Below, piece after piece: positions 59,126 through 64,000 of a DNA stretch of 64,000 bases. How positions within the stretch are numbered: position 1 is the stretch's first letter; every line of letters begins with the position of its first letter. Below the pieces are notes generated by a model, which was given only the letters and a program-made list of their open reading frames with translations, searched no databases and had not been told where the DNA came from. The DNA lies in the NCBI GenBank assembly GCA_963783575.1, contig CAWAOD010000003.1:224001-288000 (forward strand), written 5' to 3'. The stretch comes from an uncultured Spirochaetota bacterium (GTDB lineage Bacteria; Spirochaetota; Brevinematia; Brevinematales; JAOACQ01). The translations under genes were made by a program, and so were the position numbers.

Positions 59126-59746
59126 ATGCCGTTTACAATAGCTCTTCCGAAAGGCAGGCTTGGAGAATTTACCGAAGAATTAATGATTAAGAGCAATATC
59201 CTCTCAGAGGCAATACCGAAAGATTCACGAAAACTTGTTTTTAAACTTGGAAACGGTTTGAATGCCGTCATTGTTAGAGCCTGGGATGTTCCTGCTTATA
59301 TTGAGGCAGGAACTGCCGACATAGGAATCTGTGGAAAAGATGACCTGATAGAGCATGAAGCCGATGTCTTTGAGCTTATGGATCTTGGTTTCGGCTATTG
59401 TAGAATGGTAGTCGCAGCAAAGAGCAATAAGCCTAAAGAAGAAATTTATTCCCGGTCATACATCAAAGCGGCGACAAAATACCCGAATATTGCAAGAAAA
59501 TACTTTACAAATATATCGATCCAGGCTGAAATAATAAAACTTTACGGTTCCGTCGAGCTTGCTGCTGTTACCGGAATGAGCGATTGCATTGTTGATATTG
59601 TATCAACTGGCACTACATTAAAGGAAAACGGGCTTTGCATTCTGGAAGAATTATTTGAATCGACAGCCAGGCTTGTTGTTAACAGGGCAAGTTACTATAA
59701 AAATCTGGATTATTTTAATAATTTTACTAAAGCTTTGAAAGGATAA
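59126..59746 (+). CDS. hisG: ATP phosphoribosyltransferase, short form
   Basis: TIALPKGRL, DVPAYIE.G.ADIGI.GKD, ATKYP, KLYGSVELA, IVDIVSTGTTLKENGL; 206 aa. Confidence 0.96.
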   Translation: MPFTIALPKGRLGEFTEELMIKSNILSEAIPKDSRKLVFKLGNGLNAVIVRAWDVPAYIEAGTADIGICGKDDLIEHEADVFELMDLGFGYCRMVVAAKSNKPKEEIYSRSYIKAATKYPNIARKYFTNISIQAEIIKLYGSVELAAVTGMSDCIVDIVSTGTTLKENGLCILEELFESTARLVVNRASYYKNLDYFNNFTKALKG

Positions 59747-59748
59747 AT

Positions 59749-60384
59749 ATGAAATTATCGAAAAAGTTTTCAAAACCTTATTTATTGTTATTTCTAATAT
59801 TAATATTTTTACTTCCTGCAGCAGTCAAATTCTATCCGGCCGAAACAAACTACAACAGATTCAATGATTTTTCATTAGGGGTTAAAGGAACGGCAAATTT
59901 CAGCAAACTGCCTTACGATCTTATGATGGGTCTTTCGGTAAATACCCCGTATTTTTTTTGGAATTGGGTTTCGCTCAGGGGTGAAGCCGATATAGCTTAT
60001 CTGCGTGGAATAACAAACGCCGTAATCAGCAATGAAATTGCCATCTATTCAAGCTCTTATAAATTAGGGATTGCGGTAAAAGCCAACCAGAAGACTCAAA
60101 CAGTCCGCCCTTATGGTGAATTCGGCTGGATCGGATTTATTCCCAATAAAATAGAGACTGCTGACAATTATGCTTGGGGAATCTACGGTTTATTCGGATT
60201 CGATATTTTATTCGATCCGGCGAGTATTTTCGGATTTTTCTTTGAATTGGGGGCAACAGGCCTTTTATACGGCGGAAGCGCCGAAAAACTAGTACCCGAT
60301 TCTGATCCTAATGACGGTCACCTGATTCCGAAAAAATACGGAAGCGGAATAATATTCTCCGGAGGATTTAAGGTCTATTTCTAG
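59749..60384 (+). CDS. Hypothetical protein, probable small outer-membrane beta-barrel
   Basis: N-terminal signal, alternating hydrophobic strands, VRPYGEFG, C-terminal GGFKVYF. Confidence 0.65.
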   Translation: MKLSKKFSKPYLLLFLILIFLLPAAVKFYPAETNYNRFNDFSLGVKGTANFSKLPYDLMMGLSVNTPYFFWNWVSLRGEADIAYLRGITNAVISNEIAIYSSSYKLGIAVKANQKTQTVRPYGEFGWIGFIPNKIETADNYAWGIYGLFGFDILFDPASIFGFFFELGATGLLYGGSAEKLVPDSDPNDGHLIPKKYGSGIIFSGGFKVYF

Positions 60385-60398
60385 CAAGAACTTGCTTG

Positions 60399-61521
60399 CT
60401 AAACAATCTCTATTATTTTAAGAATCAAACGGACGGTATTTTCAAGATCATCGATTTCAATATACTCATCGGTTGAATGGACATTTGCCATACCAACGGC
60501 AAGCGTCACGGATTTAATGTTTTTTTCATTGTATATATTCGAATTACTCCCGCCGCCGGTTCTTTCAAAACGCGGTTTAAGACCCAACTCTTTAACGGCT
60601 TTGTTTACAAGCCTTATTATTGCGTCATCTTTCTTAAAACTGAATCCCCGGTACAATTCATTTATTGTTAATGTAATGTCCAGGGCTCTTTTTTTTATTA
60701 TTATTTATTATATCGGTTATTTTATTTTTCAATAAATCAATATCCTCAAAATCGTGAGACCTGAATTCCCCTCTTATTAAACACTCATCTGGAATTATAT
60801 TCGTCGCTTTTCCGCCTTCAATAAGTCCGACATTCGCAACCGTGTTTTTATTTATCTTTCCCTGGGGCAGTGACAACACTATTCTTGATGCAATCTTGAT
60901 GGCATTTATACCCATTTCAGGGGCTATACCCGCATGACTTGCCTTTCCCTTCACAAGAATCTCATAATTATAATGCTGGGGAGCAGCAACAACAACTCCG
61001 CCAACCTTTCCATGGGAATCAAGGATAAAACCGAAATCGGCTTTAATTCCGGAAAAATCAAGGTTACGTACACCGGTCAGGCCGATTTCCTCCGCAGATG
61101 TAAAGATAAAATATATATCGCCATGAGCGGTATTGGTATTTATAATTTCTTCAATGGCAATAATCATAGCGGATGCGCCCGCTTTATCATCGGCGCCGAG
61201 AACTGTATTTCCGCTGCTTTTAATAATATTGTTTTTCCGGTCTATACCCGGCTTAATTCCAATGCCCGGTTCGACAGTATCAAGATGGGAATCAAAAAAT
61301 ACGGATTTCCTGTTTTTAATATTTGCCGGTAATTTTACAATCAGGTTACCTGATTCAGCTCCCAATTCCTTTATTGTGTATTCCTGGAATTGCATTTCAA
61401 CTGGCAGATTTTGCAAGCGATTTTTTACATAGTCAAATACTTTTTTTTCATTCAATGATAAACTGTCAATTTGTACCAGATTGATAAACTCATTTACTAC
61501 TCTTTCAGAGATGTTCTTCAT
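60399..61521 (-). CDS. M20 family peptidase T-like metallopeptidase (one +1 frameshift at the T8 run 60689-60696)
   Basis: SHLDTV.PG, LGADDKAG, AEEIGL.G, HAG..PE.GINAI, GG.ATNI; after the shift YRGF...GGGSNSN...GMANVHSTDE. Confidence 0.92.
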
Positions 61522-61529
61522 AAATTTTC

Positions 61530-62132
61530 CTATTCATTCGTTACTCTTTTCCATTCCTCGCCTGTTACCAGCGGTTCGATCTTCTTTACAATACCCTCTG
61601 AATGAATAACCTGCCAGGCGTAGGATGTTCCCTTAAGAGTATCTTCATCGACAATCCTGAGTATCGAGTATGTTTTCTGAAGGAATCCGTTGAGATAGAT
61701 TTGTTGCGCTATCGACTCAGGCAGCCAGTTGCTTAGATATTTCGGATTATATTCATATTCCAATATTTTAACAGTATTTTCCGTAATATATTTAACTATT
61801 ATAGGAATTTCTCCGCCGTTCTTTCCAATAATTTTTCCCGTTTTGCCTGAAATGATGATGATGGCTTTAGAACCGGTGCTATGTTTTCTCCATTTACCGT
61901 CAAAATTAATTTTTAATATTATATTCTTCTCTTCTTCCGGCGTGGGTTCTTTTATGCTTTCAGGTTTAAAAGAGTAATTTGTATTTGTTTCAGCCGAAGG
62001 AATTCTTTCGGCAGTATTCGCCGGTATTGGCTTAACCTGTTTTGTACACATTGTAAATAATAGAATAATAACCCATATAAAAATAAATAAAAATACGAAG
62101 TAATGATTTCCTGCACTGCTTTTCCATTTCAT
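61530..62132 (-). CDS. Hypothetical protein, possible lipoprotein
   Basis: ATG at 62132 after GGAGG; hydrophobic stretch ending LFTMC. Confidence 0.65.
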   Translation of the reverse strand: MKWKSSAGNHYFVFLFIFIWVIILLFTMCTKQVKPIPANTAERIPSAETNTNYSFKPESIKEPTPEEEKNIILKINFDGKWRKHSTGSKAIIIISGKTGKIIGKNGGEIPIIVKYITENTVKILEYEYNPKYLSNWLPESIAQQIYLNGFLQKTYSILRIVDEDTLKGTSYAWQVIHSEGIVKKIEPLVTGEEWKRVTNE

Positions 62133-62168
62133 GAATACCCTCCTAAAATGATTCAATTATTGATTATA

Positions 62169-62840
62169 TCAAGTCCGGGAAAGTATTTCTAATGCAATTA
62201 ACCTGTCAAGAGGCGTGGTAATCTTTATATTGGTCTCTTCGCCATTCACAATATCGACATTCTTATTAATAATCTCAAATAAGCCTGAATCATCAGGAAA
62301 ATTCCAATCTCCTTTTTTATAAGCTACTGAATGGGCTTTCCATATCAAATCAAACTGAAAAACCTGGGGAGTTTGAATCTGCAAGATCTTTAACCGGTCC
62401 ACATAATATGAAATATGTTGATTTTCAACATAAGCAAGGGTGTCGGTTGTTTGTATGGCCGGTACTCCGGATCCATTAATTTCTGCAGATTTAATGCATC
62501 TTTTTAATAAATCTACGCTGAACAGAGGTCTAACACTGTCATGGATGGCAACAATTGAAATGTTTTTTTCATGTAAAGCCGAGAGTCCGTTATAAACCGA
62601 TAACTGCCTTGTCTGGCCGCCTTCGGCCAGGATAATATTCCTTTTTTTAGTTATCAATTCTTGAGCCTTAAGCAGCCATTCTTTATGGCAGACTACAACT
62701 AATTCGTCGCATACCCGGGAAAACTTTTCAATACTATATTCAAGAATTGATTTATCTCCAAGAGCTAAAAATTGTTTGGGTATATCACCACCGTATCTTT
62801 TACCTGTACCACCGGCGACAATAACTCCTCCGATTTTCAT
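62169..62840 (-). CDS. ispD: 2-C-methyl-D-erythritol 4-phosphate cytidylyltransferase
   Basis: VIVAGG.GKRYG...PKQFL, GG.TRQ.SV.NGL, IHDSVRP, IQTPQVF, NIKITTP.D. True start at about 62840. Confidence 0.95.
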   Translation of the reverse strand: MKIGGVIVAGGTGKRYGGDIPKQFLALGDKSILEYSIEKFSRVCDELVVVCHKEWLLKAQELITKKRNIILAEGGQTRQLSVYNGLSALHEKNISIVAIHDSVRPLFSVDLLKRCIKSAEINGSGVPAIQTTDTLAYVENQHISYYVDRLKILQIQTPQVFQFDLIWKAHSVAYKKGDWNFPDDSGLFEIINKNVDIVNGEETNIKITTPLDRLIALEILSRT

Positions 62841-62857
62841 TTGTGAATTCAAATCAA

Positions 62858-63232
62858 TCACTTCTGTGTAGCTGTTCCCTGGACATCTTTTTGCTGTCCC
62901 TGAACATTGGTCTCTATATTTGTCGGAGCGATTAACTGGGAAGGCGTTGTTCCAGCCGGAGTCTGTTCTGCCGGAACAGGCTGGTTTTTTCTCATTAAAG
63001 ATTTTGTTTCCTGAATTCTTAAATAACCAAGAATAAGGGCTAATATCATGAAAATTCCCACCAGCCACTGTGTGAATTTAACAAGAACCTCGCTGGTTTT
63101 TGCCCCAAATGCCCCCATAGTCATATCATTACCGAACATACCGGATTGCGCCCCGCTTCCCGACTGCATTAATATAGTTGGAATTAATAATATAACTACA
63201 ATAATAAATATGATCAATAAAAATGTAAACAT
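62858..63232 (-). CDS. secG: Preprotein translocase subunit SecG
   Basis: TM, ILMQSGSG...GMFG...AFGAKT..VL.K.T, second TM; RBS GGAGG. Confidence 0.9.
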   Translation of the reverse strand: MFTFLLIIFIIVVILLIPTILMQSGSGAQSGMFGNDMTMGAFGAKTSEVLVKFTQWLVGIFMILALILGYLRIQETKSLMRKNQPVPAEQTPAGTTPSQLIAPTNIETNVQGQQKDVQGTATQK

Positions 63233-63253
63233 ACGACCTCCAAATTCAATTAT

Positions 63254-63318
63254 CCTAAATTGAGCGATTTTATATTAGATTCTTAAATAAACAGTTGATA
63301 AAAATCGCTTATTTTATG
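63254..63318. mobile_element. Miniature inverted-repeat element with IS1380-like ends
   Basis: Left end cctaaattgagcgatttt, right end aaaatcgcttattttatg; flanks attat / tttat. Confidence 0.6.
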
Positions 63319-63329
63319 TTTATCCTTAA

Positions 63330-63839
63330 TCAAAACCTGATAAGTGAAAACACGGGATATTTAATTTTTTCCCGTCCTTTTAGTGCTTCCAGTTCAACTA
63401 AAAAAATCAATTCTATAATATTACCGCCGAGTTTTTCTATAAGCCCCGCAATAGCCCTTGATGTTCCTCCGGTAGCAAGCAAATCATCAATAATAAGTAC
63501 ATTCTCACCCCTTGTTATTGCATCTTTATGTATCTCAATGGATGCTTCCCCGTATTCCAGGGAATAACTCATCGATACGGTTTCTGCCGGAAGCTTCCCG
63601 GGCTTCCTGGCGGGCACAAAACCGGCGCCAAGCGCATACGCGGCCGGAGCTCCCACAATAAAACCCCTGGATTCGGCCCCGACAATCTTTTGTATTTTTT
63701 TGCCGGCACAATGTTTTACAATTTCGTCAATACTGTTTTTAAAAGCCGCCGCGTCCTTCCAGAGCGTGGTAATATCCTTAAACTGTATACCTTTTTGAGG
63801 AAAATCAGGCACATTTCTTATCATTGCCGAATAATCCAT
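63330..63839 (-). CDS. apt: Adenine phosphoribosyltransferase
   Basis: PDFPQKGIQFKDITTL, ESRGF, RKPGKLP, YSLEYG, IDDLLATGGT. Confidence 0.98.
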   Translation of the reverse strand: MDYSAMIRNVPDFPQKGIQFKDITTLWKDAAAFKNSIDEIVKHCAGKKIQKIVGAESRGFIVGAPAAYALGAGFVPARKPGKLPAETVSMSYSLEYGEASIEIHKDAITRGENVLIIDDLLATGGTSRAIAGLIEKLGGNIIELIFLVELEALKGREKIKYPVFSLIRF

Positions 63840-64000
63840 AATAAGCCTCCGGAAAAATTAAATTAAACTGGAAATACTCCCTGCGCTATTTTTATATTTA
63901 TTATGGGCCTATAATGCTTGTGAACTAATATTTTACATTATTTTTACTGATATGTAAATTTAAATGTAATTTAAATTAAACGGTAAAGCAAGCTATGTCT

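Noticed and set aside
62841..63068. Long N-terminal extension of IspD in the ORF track
   Set aside because: It overlaps secG in another frame; IspD similarity begins at MKIGGVIVAGG (62840).
604..63866. Numerous short antisense or overlapping ORFs in the six-frame track
   Set aside because: They shadow well-supported genes and lack recognisable motifs.

Overview
A 64 kb, AT-rich bacterial chromosomal segment, most likely from a free-living spirochete. This is inferred from the double-cNMP/TPR regulator, the mcsA-mcsB-clpC block, an S18 with an acidic N-terminal extension, the rpsF-ssb-rpsR-membrane protein-rplI-dnaB order and the many lipoproteins. Most of the window is housekeeping: iorA/iorB-paaK-ACT, uvrB, clpP-clpX-lon, xseB, clpC, secA, purM, glyA, hslVU, queE, ribosomal genes, dnaB, mlaEFD-like ABC genes, hisG, ispD, secG and apt. 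Several genes, including secA and clpX, carry single-base indels that look like assembly errors. The standout locus is 3.2-10.1 kb: five co-oriented lipoprotein genes, all with Cys at residue 21 followed by a near-invariant ~21-aa peptide (C[AS]AGDPD[KI]I[ST]Q[SN][NQ]SRNN[PLH]ND[PQ]), a Ser/Gly linker and different C-terminal domains (NHL, Kelch-like in two genes, LVIVD, FN3/Ig). Embedded among them is a small secreted hydrophobic-hairpin protein ending in a beta-strand with C-terminal Phe. Together these form a candidate tag-directed surface export or assembly system. Also notable: an intact IS1380-family element (TIRs, 5-bp TSD) with related miniature elements, a REP-like palindrome inserted in frame in queE, a PP2C phosphatase gene between iorA and iorB, an McsB lacking canonical catalytic motifs, a GH11 xylanase/FGE-lipoprotein pair beside a broken transposase, and a candidate structured ncRNA upstream of hisG. 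I saw no tRNA, rRNA, CRISPR array or reverse transcriptase.
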